Assembly (NCBI RefSeq): GCF_000981445.1 | Contig: NC_027219.1 | Location: forward strand, 434,001 to 498,000 | DNA from: Babesia bigemina | Taxonomy: Eukaryota | Length of the DNA stretch: 64,000 nucleotides | Direction: 5' to 3' | In this document: positions 11,292-22,216 of the stretch, piece by piece | How the letters are laid out: each line of letters starts with the position of its first letter | How positions within the stretch are numbered: the stretch's first letter is position 1 | Position numbers and translations under genes: made by a program | Notes under the pieces: generated by a model | What the model saw: the letters and a program-made list of their open reading frames with translations, nothing else | What the model was told of the DNA's origin: nothing | Databases searched by the model: none

Positions 11292-11989
11292 GAATGATCG
11301 ACTTTGTACCCAAGATAAGGAGGACGTTCGTGATCCAGTGGATCAGGATACCCTTGTATATACTCACTGTTAGATGCATTCTGCAAGTTATTATATATAT
11401 TGCGATAACGGCGATGATCTATTCGTTTATTGTGTAATTAAACCCACGTTAGCTGTAAAGCATTGAAAATTTGGATTGACCTAAAAAGTTGTTTGTGATA
11501 TTAAATGCAATACCTAATTGCTTTTTGATCATTTATATGTGCCATTTTACGATATCTTGTACCGTTGATTCAAAAAGACGTGGTCTGGAGACATTTAATA
11601 GTTTTAGATATGTGAACAGAAATGGCGTGTAAAAATAGAGTATAATAGATGTACCCACGAAAACTATGATGATGTTAGATGAACTATCCGCATTAGATTA
11701 TGTTTCCTTTTTGGTTTATTGCAGTTATATAACTGGTTACGTATGGGATGACCGATTTGCGAAAATTAATGCAAGTCCATAGTATGACATGCACGTAGAT
11801 TGCACTAAAAACAAACTTGCCACCAGTTGTAATGTTCAAGCGTTTATTAAGAAATCTTTCAGGTTGGTCGAAAGGATTGTCAATTCGTCCCCACCTGGCT
11901 CCCACCCTCTCCCAGATGTTCACACAATTCCCCAAGTGTAGTCATCTACATTTATCGGGCCTAGCCGCCTCCCGGGAGCTTCGCGCTCT

Positions 11990-12594
11990 GTGTCTCGCAA
12001 TTACGGTACTATCAACCGTAAAGCATTGTCCACACTTGTTGGCTGCAGCGATGTTCATGCCAACTGCCCTCCACATTGTTGGCCCATTACGCACCAGTTC
12101 GGCGCCCTAAACTTCCAGGCCTTTGCCCACATCTACCTCAGCTGGACGGTCTACCTGTACCAACGACTCCTCGACGCATTATATATGGTGAACACATACT
12201 TATAGAATCATGACGGTGCTGAGTCCAATCCCTCCAATCATGTCTAGATGCTATGCCCCTTCTCTACACTCACGGGTTCACGCCGCCGGAGATGGGATCG
12301 CAGCAACAATTCACATGTCAACAGGTCATCACCAAGCTGAAGGAAGTGATCACCGGCAAGCCTATCGCAGATCTTATTTCCGCCATGGACGATTTCCTCT
12401 ACGGCATCCGGTAGCCGTTCATCTACACCATCGTCGCACTCTGGTCTCTCGCATTTCTCATCTTCGCCAACACGATGCTATATCGCTTGAACGTACTCTA
12501 CATCCGCCCTCACCTTATTGGATCCAAGGCCTTACTCAAGGAACGAAGCTACTCCTCCGTTGATCAGTATTCCGGAAGCAAAGTAAAAAAGTGA
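11990..12594 (+). pseudogene. ves1: ves1 (VESA1) 3'-end pseudogene fragment
   Basis: Reads LSTLVGC...CPPHCWPIT...FAHIYLSWTVYL, then after a frame break CLDAMPLLYTHGFTPPE...TCQQVITKLKEVITGKPIADLISAMDDFLYGIR*PFIYTIVALWSLAFLIFANTMLYRLNVLYIRPHL. This resembles the VESA1 TM and cytoplasmic tail. In-frame TAG at 12412-12414. Confidence 0.75.
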
Positions 12595-13008
12595 TAATGA
12601 AAACAGTGATTTCTACTACAAAAATCTGACAACAGTCCTTTATTAGAGCAGTTTGCAGGTTCCAAACAACAGGATCATCCATCAATCGGGAATAGCAAAC
12701 ATTCAATTTATTTGTTTAGTGACTAGCGGTTAAGGTCACCGTAATAGCATAATGATGCAGCACCATATTCAAAATAGTATTCAAGTCACAACATGTGACA
12801 TATAAGTTATACATCGCTGGGTAATTCGTTCTGCCGAGAATCTCGACTTTACGCCAACTCTGCTACGCCACAGTACAGCTGATGGAGGCATTATATATCT
12901 GCGTGCCCTCGAATTAGATTACGGTTGCACCATAGTCCAATTATATTTAAAATACAAGAGACTAAAAATTATTACTGAGTACAAGAATTTGTGAAGCAAT
13001 TCAGTTTT

Positions 13009-14925
13009 TCATTGATTCCAGTTCATCGATCGTTCAACACCTAAATTCCAGTATTTGATTAAAATATCACGTTCCGAATCAGACATCCGAGGCATCCACT
13101 TTTTGGGACGTTCTCGTATAAACTGCTGTATGTCTTGCACATTGTTCCACAGTTTTGCTTGGACCCCAGCTAAGATTGCCGCCCCTGCGCAGGTGGCCTC
13201 AGCAACAGCAGATTTTTCTGCATTAAATAACTCTACCCACAAGTGAATACCAACCTATCGAAGTATCCACTATGTCCGATATTAGTTGAAGTATTTCTTC
13301 ATTTGTAGAGATCCCTCCATCCACACAAATGTAGGGAACTTTATCCACTCCCATGTCGGTAAGCAGAGATTGCAGTATTTCACCAAGTTGAAGGCCTATA
13401 CTTTCGCAGAACGCTCGTATTATATGTGCCCTCTCAGTGTGTTGCGTCATGCCCATTATACATGCCCTAGCATCCCCTCTCCATCGTGGAGCAAGGAGAC
13501 CAGAAAAGGCAGGTACAAAAACCACACCTCCAGACGTCTTGCATTCTTTTAATACCCCCTGAATTGCCATGTACATTCATATACGATTCATATGGACTAT
13601 GTTGGAGTCACAACTTACTGATATATCTGATTCTGCTTCTATAATTCCCATCGCCTTCAGCCAAGAAATTCCTGCGCCGACAATGGCGATGGAACCCTGC
13701 GCGGAATGTAACACCGCTGTAGCTACCTACTTCAAGTGCGAATACAGTTTGAGCTTCCTTCCCCAGTTTGTAACAAGGTGTGCAAAGCAGGCCGCCCGAC
13801 GATTTAACCCTTTTTGTACCTGGAGCATATGCAGTTTACAGATTTTGTATGACACACCGGTATTAGTGAGAACAAATCCACCAGTTCCTAATGTGCACTT
13901 GGTTGCGCATGGCTCTAAAATGCCTTGTCCGACACACGCTGCCTGCTGATCTCCTATGGAGCTGGTCAACCTCACATTCACAAAACCAGGCACATTAGGG
14001 TTAGTTATAACACCAAACTCAGCGCAATTAGGTAATATCTTCGGCAACACATCTACATTTAGACGAAAAATTCTACAGAAAGCTGAAAATATTTGCGTCC
14101 GTCGTACCTCAACATCTGGGAGCTCCATTTCTCCTTAACAATATCCATAAGCATTGTTCTTGAAGCATTCGTTACATCGGTAACATATTCCCCAGTGAGA
14201 TTCTGTTGAATGGTTGTTATATTACGCTTAAAAAGATATACTAACGTAAATGATCCATGTGTCAATGGTACCGAAGCGCACGCTTTTGTTCTCCACCGCA
14301 TTGTTGAACCAGGGGAGGTGCTTGGACATCCACATGAGCTTCACAGCTGCAAAAGCGGCATTAATATTAAGGTCGGATGACGAACCTACCCGAGAAATAT
14401 GAGTTGATTATGAGACCAGTTTTTTCCATGAAAGCTGTAGCGGAACCGTGTTCGCGAATCAAATCGTGTGCTATATCCTCAGCCCGAATATCAAGCCATA
14501 CTGCGGACATCGTGTCGTGATGTTGGAGACCAAATTACCAATGGCATTATGCAGTGGTTTTCCCGTCTGCGCCTCCCAGGCGACAACCGTTTCCCTCTGG
14601 TTGGTGATGCCGACCCCCATGATTTCGACGTTACCGTGCTACGTTGTCATGAAGGCTGTGAAAAAAAACTTACATCGGCAACAACCTTGCTAAGGGCCTC
14701 ATTCATGGTGCTGTATACGCTCTCCATAATTTCCAACGGATCATGTTCGCACCACCTACTTATTTTCATTACAAATTGTGCCTTAAATTACCCGGATTTC
14801 GGGTAGTATTGCTTGTGTTTCTTTGTCGAGATAGCAAGAACGTTTAAGGCTTCGTCAAAGAACATGCATCTCGTAGATTGCGTTCCCTGGTCAATGGCCG
14901 CCACCACTTTGACAGCGGTCTCCAT
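13009..14925 (-). CDS. GK: Glycerol kinase (FGGY family), multi-exon
   Basis: Start [20 protein letters not shown]. Motifs [46 protein letters not shown] and VDGG are distributed over exons separated by short GT-AG introns. Confidence 0.93.
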
Positions 14926-15070
14926 TTTTATTCACCCACGCGAGCTAAATCTCATGTAGAAAGCTACTGTGAACTTAAAGTGGAGGCTTGAGTCACTTGT
15001 TTGCCTCGAAGCAATCCTACACGTTTTGGGTGTCGTTTGATGATGAATCGCACCCGTAAAGTCTTTCCCG

Positions 15071-15102
15071 TATGTATGTATGTATGTATGTATGTATGTA
15101 TG
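15071..15102. repeat. (TATG)8 microsatellite upstream of glycerol kinase
   Basis: Perfect tetranucleotide repeat, directly visible. Confidence 0.95.
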
Positions 15103-15638
15103 ACTTTACTATTAGCAGTTCGTTACGACATCGCTTTGGTTTTTATAAATTTCACGCTTATTATTTAACGTCTGTTATGTCTCATTAAGTCTCGTTGACG
15201 CACACCGATCTGTGAACGCCACAAATCACAACTGTATTCACTTAGGCACATTAACGAAAGAAATAACTTATACGTGATTGGTGTATGTCTTATTGCACAA
15301 CACATTGGCGGCGAGCAACCATAGCTGTTGTTACACACCGACAGACTACCATCTGACCCGCAAACTTGCTAGGAACACGCATACCGAAGACGTTAAAATA
15401 TTAGCGCCGGTGGTGCTACTGCGATTTTCTAGAAGCTTCTAGCGGGGCACATTCGTGTATGACTTGCTGTGATTGTCGACTTACACAGAAGAGAGATTCC
15501 ACGTGTTTCTAAAAATGACTCTACCATTGCGTACTTTATAACGATAACTAGAAAATACTACAAGACTGGAGCTCTTTTGTTTGGTACAGTGTGTAATTAC
15601 AGCGTCTTTTCTGAAGTTACTGCTTGCTGTGAGCTTCT

Positions 15639-16284
15639 CTAGAATTCCGGACTCCGTCCGCCGTGCATGATCTGATGAATCTAACAAATCTGCAGTGACT
15701 TCATCTACTGCAACTTACGATTGTGAGTAGAATGGAGCAAATGATGAAGCCGACGACGGTACACCTGAAGGTCACGTTGTGCGCACATTTTGCGTGCCGT
15801 ACCAAAAGAACGTTACAAATACAAAAACAGTCCACCAAACGTAGGGATTCGTAGACTGGCACGTTGTAGACATTGAAATCTACGTCTGCTGATCAGGCCT
15901 CTGTATGTTCACGTACGTTAATTGTACCAACGGCCATCCATAAAAAGCTCGCCGTTAGCAGTACGATCTCTGTGATAAGCTGAAACACGATTGATGACGT
16001 CATGGCGCTTAACACTCACACTTGATTTGTATCCAAAATGCTTTCTGACATGGTGAACGCCTAGGGACGAAGGAAGGCTCTGCGGCAAACAATTGTTTCC
16101 GGCATCAAAATAGCATACCAACAGCAGTCCTACACCCAGCCACATATCTACTGACCATTAGCAGCATTGATTAACTTCACATACTCAATGGGACGTCGCA
16201 ATATTTGTCTGCATTGAAGTACAGGAGTAGAATTATGATGGCGTCAATGACCAAAAACACTCTAAGAGTGGACACCTTCTTCAT
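15639..16284 (-). CDS. Small four-TM membrane protein, 7 exons (about 138 aa), unknown function
   Basis: Manual splicing of six short GT-AG introns gives MKKVSTLRVFLVIDAIIILLLYFNADKYCDVPLNMWLGVGLLLSLPSSLGVHHVRKHFGYKSSLITEIVLLTASFLWMAVGTINISMSTTCQSTNPYVWWTVFVFVTFFWCTVVGFIICSILLTIIHQIMHGGRSPEF*. Confidence 0.7.
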
Positions 16285-17773
16285 TGTTCCATGAGTTGTG
16301 CTTCTTCGTGGATTGCCAATTTTCGTGTGAAGCACGAGGCATTTTCCAGGCCTTGTCAATTGTGAAGGGTGCTTCAAGTACACAATCACTGATTCTTCGT
16401 GAAGCAATAACCATTTACGAAATCATTTTTGTATAATCTATGCTATATTGTCAATCCCATTGTATTTTGTGGCGTGTATGTCATTATGCAGTCACCGAAA
16501 TGGGCGCCGCTTGCCAACTGCAATGCGATCATAGACAGCGTTGCTTTTAGCACACACCACCAAAAGTCAACGTTAGATTTTGATTGACATCTATACTATA
16601 GAATCTACGCGCATTTTCATAACTCGGATGGAATCCACGGAGTCCTCGGTTCCTGCACGTTGTGTAGGATTCTCATCTAGTGACCTTCACAATATGGGTT
16701 GCATATGTCCTATGAGCTCATATACGCTACAAATTTTACCAAACAGCAATGTCGTTATACGGTGTGTTCAAGTGTTCATGTTTTGGCGGACAACGCTTAA
16801 CACGTTAGGCCCCCAATACGTTCCGCTAGATGCAACATATATTGCTAACAAGTAATCTTTGTTTTTATATCTATGCTTAAGTTGACTGACGCCTGTTAAC
16901 GCGTTAAAATATAACAATGTTTCGTTTTGAGGCACGGCGTGGCGGCCTGTTTTCAGATGCAGGTATTTTCTTTGCATCTCGATTTCCTACACATCCATTA
17001 CACATACAAGCTTGCTTGAATGACACTAAACGTAAGGTGATGTGCTATAGTGGCCACCTCTAATATGTGTTACAATCTAGGTTGCCACTTGCTCGCCATT
17101 CCGTGGTCAGGCCATGAGTGTACGACAAAATGTACGCGAAAAAAATTCGAAGCAAAACTCGACGACATTTCCCAGCTGATCACAGCAGGAGATGCGGCGC
17201 AAATTTGACATAGAAGTTTACTAACTAGTAATTTAAGCTTTCGGGCAACGTTTTGCTGCGTCGTTTGCTAATCACCTCCTATCGGGAGCTCTGCGGCGCA
17301 AGCGTGACACTTTAAATCGTCAAATGTATACTTACTACGTCACACAATCGTTTCATTCGTGGTTATCAAAAAATTCATATAAACTGAAGGTGCCTAGCGG
17401 GTGAGTCAGACAGCCCTGGCCGCAACGTGGCAGTGCTAATGGGATCGGCGAAAGATATTTGATTCATCACCTGCGCCTGCCATTTCTTCGTATCTCCGAG
17501 CATTCGCTTCGGGGATACAAATTAACGGATGATTCTGGCATAATTTGGCGTGCTAGAGATTATCGTCAACTGGGTCCATGCATGGGCGGTGACGTATGAC
17601 TCGACGATATACAGGTACACACCCTAAGGCCTGATTTGCGTTTACCGTCCCTCATAAACTTCCGAGTCGTGCAGTGTCACACAAAGTCAGGGCCATTTGA
17701 TGTGAGCGTTGGCATTTGCGGTGTCGTGCATTGGATGATCCGATGGCAACGGCGTCGTTGCGCCTCATATAAG

Positions 17774-19030
17774 ATGGGAGCTACTTATTCCATTGCTCAC
17801 GGTATCAACGAAGACGTGGAAGTGTCTGATCGTAAAGGAAACATCCTGAAGGCGTCTGCATACCGAGTCAGTCAGTGGGCTAGACGACCACGACCTCCTG
17901 GGCCCCGTAAACGCCGGACATTCTCACGATTTTTCGCGAAGTGTCACAACATTGCAAAACACATGATATGCACCACTACAGATACACCCCCTGAGGACGT
18001 TCGTAGTCCGTGGGCGGCATGCGAGACTCTGAATAGGTCTGCGATGGCTCCAAGGCTCAACCTCCCGGAGAAGCTCGACCTGAGTTGCTTCGAGATTGGC
18101 CCAACAGTGGGCACTGGATCGTATGCATCAGTATGCGTTGTCAGCCTGAAAAGTGCTTCCGAGCCCCAAAGACCGACCTTTGCGCTGAAAGTGCTGCACA
18201 AGACGAAGGTTATTTCGGAACGTCAAGTGTTGCATCTGCGTAACGAGAAAAAGATTCTGTCGACGATCACTCACCCCTTCATTGTGCGCTATCTTGGCAG
18301 TTTTCAGGACGAAGTGAACGTTTACATGCTGCTTGAATACGTATGCGGCGGGGAACTGTTCAGTTACATCTACAAGTATGGCGCCTTGGGCCACACCGTG
18401 GCTCGCTTTTACACCGCCCAGGCGGTGCTTGCCATCGACTTTCTGCACTCGAAGGGTATCGTATACCGTGATTTGAAGCCTGAGAACATGCTGTTGGACC
18501 GTTTTGGCCATATCCGCCTTGTGGACTTCGGTTTCGCCAAAGAGGTGAAGAACAAGACTTACACGGTATGTGGAACTCACGACTATCTTGCCCCTGAGAT
18601 ATTTCTGCGCTGTGGACATGGTGTGGAGGCTGATTGGTGGTCGCTGGGTATTTTGGTTTACGAGCTGCTGACCGGTGCTCCGCCGTTTCACGCCTCTGAC
18701 CCCGTGTCCACGTACGACCTAGCTCTGGAGAACCGCATCCTGTTCCCGCTTTCGGTAAGGAACGAGGTGAAGGACTTCGTCCGGAAACTTCTTGTGGTGA
18801 GTCCTCGTAAACGCCTTGGCGCAAGCGGGAGTGCCGCTATCTACTCCCATCGTTTCTTCCACGGCATCGACTGGATGAAGATGCTGTCCAAACAGGTGAA
18901 GCCCCCCATTGTGCCCCGTCTTAGTGGAGGTACTGACACGGCCAATTATATGAAGTACAGCGACGACTGGAGGTCTTACAACGTGAGAATCACACCAGCA
19001 GAGCAGGCCGAACATTTTAGCGATTTTTAG
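17774..19030 (+). CDS. cAMP-dependent protein kinase catalytic subunit-like AGC kinase (divergent PKAc)
   Basis: GTGSYASV, FALK, YRDLKPEN, DFG, TYTVCGTHDYLAPE, DWWSLG and C-terminal FSDF (FxxF as in PKA). The likely ATG at 17774 gives MGATYS. The ORF-track start at 17636 is a TTG. Confidence 0.9.
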   Translation: MGATYSIAHGINEDVEVSDRKGNILKASAYRVSQWARRPRPPGPRKRRTFSRFFAKCHNIAKHMICTTTDTPPEDVRSPWAACETLNRSAMAPRLNLPEKLDLSCFEIGPTVGTGSYASVCVVSLKSASEPQRPTFALKVLHKTKVISERQVLHLRNEKKILSTITHPFIVRYLGSFQDEVNVYMLLEYVCGGELFSYIYKYGALGHTVARFYTAQAVLAIDFLHSKGIVYRDLKPENMLLDRFGHIRLVDFGFAKEVKNKTYTVCGTHDYLAPEIFLRCGHGVEADWWSLGILVYELLTGAPPFHASDPVSTYDLALENRILFPLSVRNEVKDFVRKLLVVSPRKRLGASGSAAIYSHRFFHGIDWMKMLSKQVKPPIVPRLSGGTDTANYMKYSDDWRSYNVRITPAEQAEHFSDF

Positions 19031-19044
19031 ATAATAGTTTGTAT

Positions 19045-20695
19045 TCACAACCTCTTGCGTTTTGCCGCTTCGTATTTGTTTTGGAATTTGTCCGGCCTTT
19101 TGCCGCCTTGCCGTTGTCCCTTGTACTTGAGTTTTTCCGAGACGACCTTGCGTAGCGCCTCTGCGCAGAGGCTGTGCTTCGCGAGTGCGTCGTGTTCGCT
19201 GAGTTCCTGATAATGCGTTATGGCAACACGCTAAATCACCACTTACTGTGAATTCCTCCAGTTTTTTGTTGAGCGCTAGTTCGATACGTTGGAAAAGTTC
19301 GACGTCGTACCTACGCAATCTGACCTGTATGCTGTACGACGTACTGTGTGACAAAAGTGAGCGCCAGTCCCGACCTCCCTGCCCTTGCAGTACGCCCTAC
19401 TCTGTGTATATAGTCCTTAGAGCTCTCGGGTATGTCGAAATTGAGAACCAGTTGCACCATGGGAAGGTCCAAACCGCGCCCCCCGACCTCAGTTGCCACA
19501 AGCACTGTGGCAGACCCTGACGTGAGATGGTATTGCGCCATGCTGAGATCCCCACCTGTTTTGAAGATATTTAGCGCCTTTGAACGCTCCGCCTGTGACA
19601 ACTTTCCATGCAGGCAGACCTGTAGCGCATGAGAGACGATAGAGTTACACTTACGCTGCTAAACTTGAGGGCCTTCAGGTACGCGGCACAGCGCTGCGCA
19701 CCGTCGCAGGTCTTGCAGAATACCATCACGGTACGATTGGAGTAATGCCAGAGGAGAGCCGCCAGGTATGTCCACTTGTGCTTCTGCGCCACCAGCAGGA
19801 ATCGCTGATCCAGTTGTTGAGATGTGGTGTATTTATCGTCCACTTGTACCTGATGAGCATTTTTATTCGTCTTCAAAAGTTGCGAGGTTTTCAGCGACTT
19901 GTGCCTCCCCTAAACATACCGATACGGGGTCCTTCAGCGCCATCTTCTGTAGCTTGCTCAGCTTCTTTGTCATCGTCGCCGAAAAGAGATACGTTTGCCT
20001 ATCATTCGGCATGGCCTAATGGTTAATAATTCTTTCCTAAAGGTGCCTACGTGTATGATTTTGTCGAGTTCGTTGTCAAAGTCCTGCGATAATAGCCTGT
20101 CAGCTTCGTCTATTATAAGTTTCTTGACGGTGGCGAGTGAGAATCCTTTGGTGTTTTCAACATGATCAGCGAGTCTCCCTGGCGATGCGACAATGACGTG
20201 TGGCTTTTTTGCGAGCGCGATTGCTTGTGGCACCATGTCCATTCCTCCGATTATTACGCAGACCTCCAGCGCGATGGCCGCGCCCAGTGCACGAAACTGC
20301 TCCGCTATTTGCTCGCAAAGCTCCCTGCTAGGCGCGAGTACAACACAGTAGAGCCTTTGTACATCGTTGAGCAGATGGTGAAGGACAGGTATTGTGAAGG
20401 CGCCGGTTTTACCCGAGCCCGTGACCGCGAGGCCGATAATGTCACGCCCCGTAAGCGCATGAGGAATAGCTGCAACCTGTATGGGCGTTGGCACCTTCCA
20501 TCCGACAGATTGGCAGGCCTTGCATATCTCGGGGCAGACGCCAAGCGACTCGAATGATTGGTCACTGCTCTCCTTCTGCTCCGGCACATCCGTAGAACTC
20601 TTTTCGCGTTCCAACGGGGCCTGCAGACGCGCCTTGAACTCATCCAGCACATCGATTCCCTCCGAACCATCGGAGTCAGAGCCTGGTTCCTGCAT
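19045..20695 (-). CDS. RRP3: DEAD-box RNA helicase RRP3/DDX47, multi-exon
   Basis: Q motif (PTPIQ), [21 protein letters not shown] and [12 protein letters not shown], plus VTQYD. The last exon ends at TGA 19045-19047. Confidence 0.9.
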
Positions 20696-22216
20696 TATTG
20701 ATTCTATCTTTGCGCGTTGTGCTGTTCGGCGTCACGCCAGCGGCGCGCATTGGCCAACGGAATTACCACACCCAAATATAGACGAAGTTGTCCTGTATGT
20801 GCGAGTTTGTTTCATTAAAAAATACATCCCCCGCTCTGCCGCGCCAGTTAGCTATATGATGCACAGCATTGCGATTATGTTTGAGTTGCAATCGTGGTAT
20901 GAGTCCAGTCCTTTTGCTCACCACGCGAAGGCTACCACTCCAAAACAATAATGTGTCATAGAGGGACACATTGGGGTGTCTATTTTCCGGTTATTTACCG
21001 TTTCGCAGAATACCGTCACGCGCTACACAGGTGTGAAATGCCATAAACGGCACCAATTCACGACGACGTAACGATATATCAGCGCCTACCAATGTTTAAA
21101 TGCCACATTCAGCGCGATGTGTGGCACGAAGTGCTTACTACGAACGACCGGCAAGCTGTTAGAGTAGCAACAGCTTCCGTTAACATTTTACTGTTCACCT
21201 TAACATCACGTTAGCGTTAATTCCACCACGAAGCCCTTTCCATAGTGCCACCATTGTATTGAGTCGCGTCACAAAGCGGTTTTGAGCAGGGTGTTGTCTG
21301 TGACCAAGCCTTCCATGGGTGTCTGCCCAGAGACGTGGAGATATGTACAGCCCCGGCGATTTAGCACCTAGCACGAAAATTACGGCCAACAGGCGCATTC
21401 AAGCGGTTAATACGAAATAGAAGATGGTCGGAAAGGCGCTCCGCTCCACAATACCGTCGCGCGCGGCAGCGGGGCAGCGGAAAGCGGTAAAACGCAGAAC
21501 GGCGCAGCAAAACAAACGAAAACCCACAACGGCTATAAAGATACGTATTAGTATAACATATATGTACACAGAAATGACCAAGCCGACACAAGAGAGCGGA
21601 CGCCGCTAGCGGAGACCGGCCACCCGGAGTTCAGGGCACCAATTTTCTGTTCTCATTTCAACGGACTACGCAGCCATTGTCCATGATAATATACACGAAA
21701 AACAGCAACAGTAATTTGTGCATGCCGTCTGTTTTGGAGCAGTTTCGACAGCCGTGTTAGAGGGGATCCCTCTCGAGCATACTACGCGGATCTAAGCAGC
21801 CTGCGGCGGATTCCGCTAAATGCACGGATATATTGCCCATTTAAGCCATTTTTGTGCCGGAATCTTTGTTAAAAAGTGGTAGGAAGCGCTTTTCGGCTGG
21901 AAGACGGACCTCTCGCCTGCGGATTCCGTCAACTGACGCGTCACTGCATTCCTCTAAAATCACACAGATGATATAACCACAAGACAGTAGACATACGGCG
22001 TCGAGATCCAGGGCCATGTACGTCGGATCTCATGCGCGAGATTCTCCATCCCCATGATATAGCATGCACATGAACGCGCGGTACGCTGCAGTTGTGGGAT
22101 GCTGTCGGGCCATACGCGGTGGCTTCATCGCAGGCGATTTGTCTTGTGGCAGGGAACTGGCCCGGATTGAAGTTCCGTTAATGGCTATTTTTATGCTTTA
22201 GATTTGCTATTCCGGG

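Noticed and set aside
16560..17040. Possible small multi-exon gene on the minus strand (MQRKYLHLK...)
   Set aside because: Could not build a convincing spliced model or recognise any motif.
17636..17773. N-terminal extension of the kinase ORF in the track
   Set aside because: It begins at TTG. The ATG at 17774 giving MGATYS is the more plausible eukaryotic start, though an upstream in-frame ATG exists.
21000..21400. Minus-strand ORF with hydrophobic start (MRLLAVIFVLG...)
   Set aside because: Short, ambiguous splicing and no recognisable domain. It may simply be promoter DNA.
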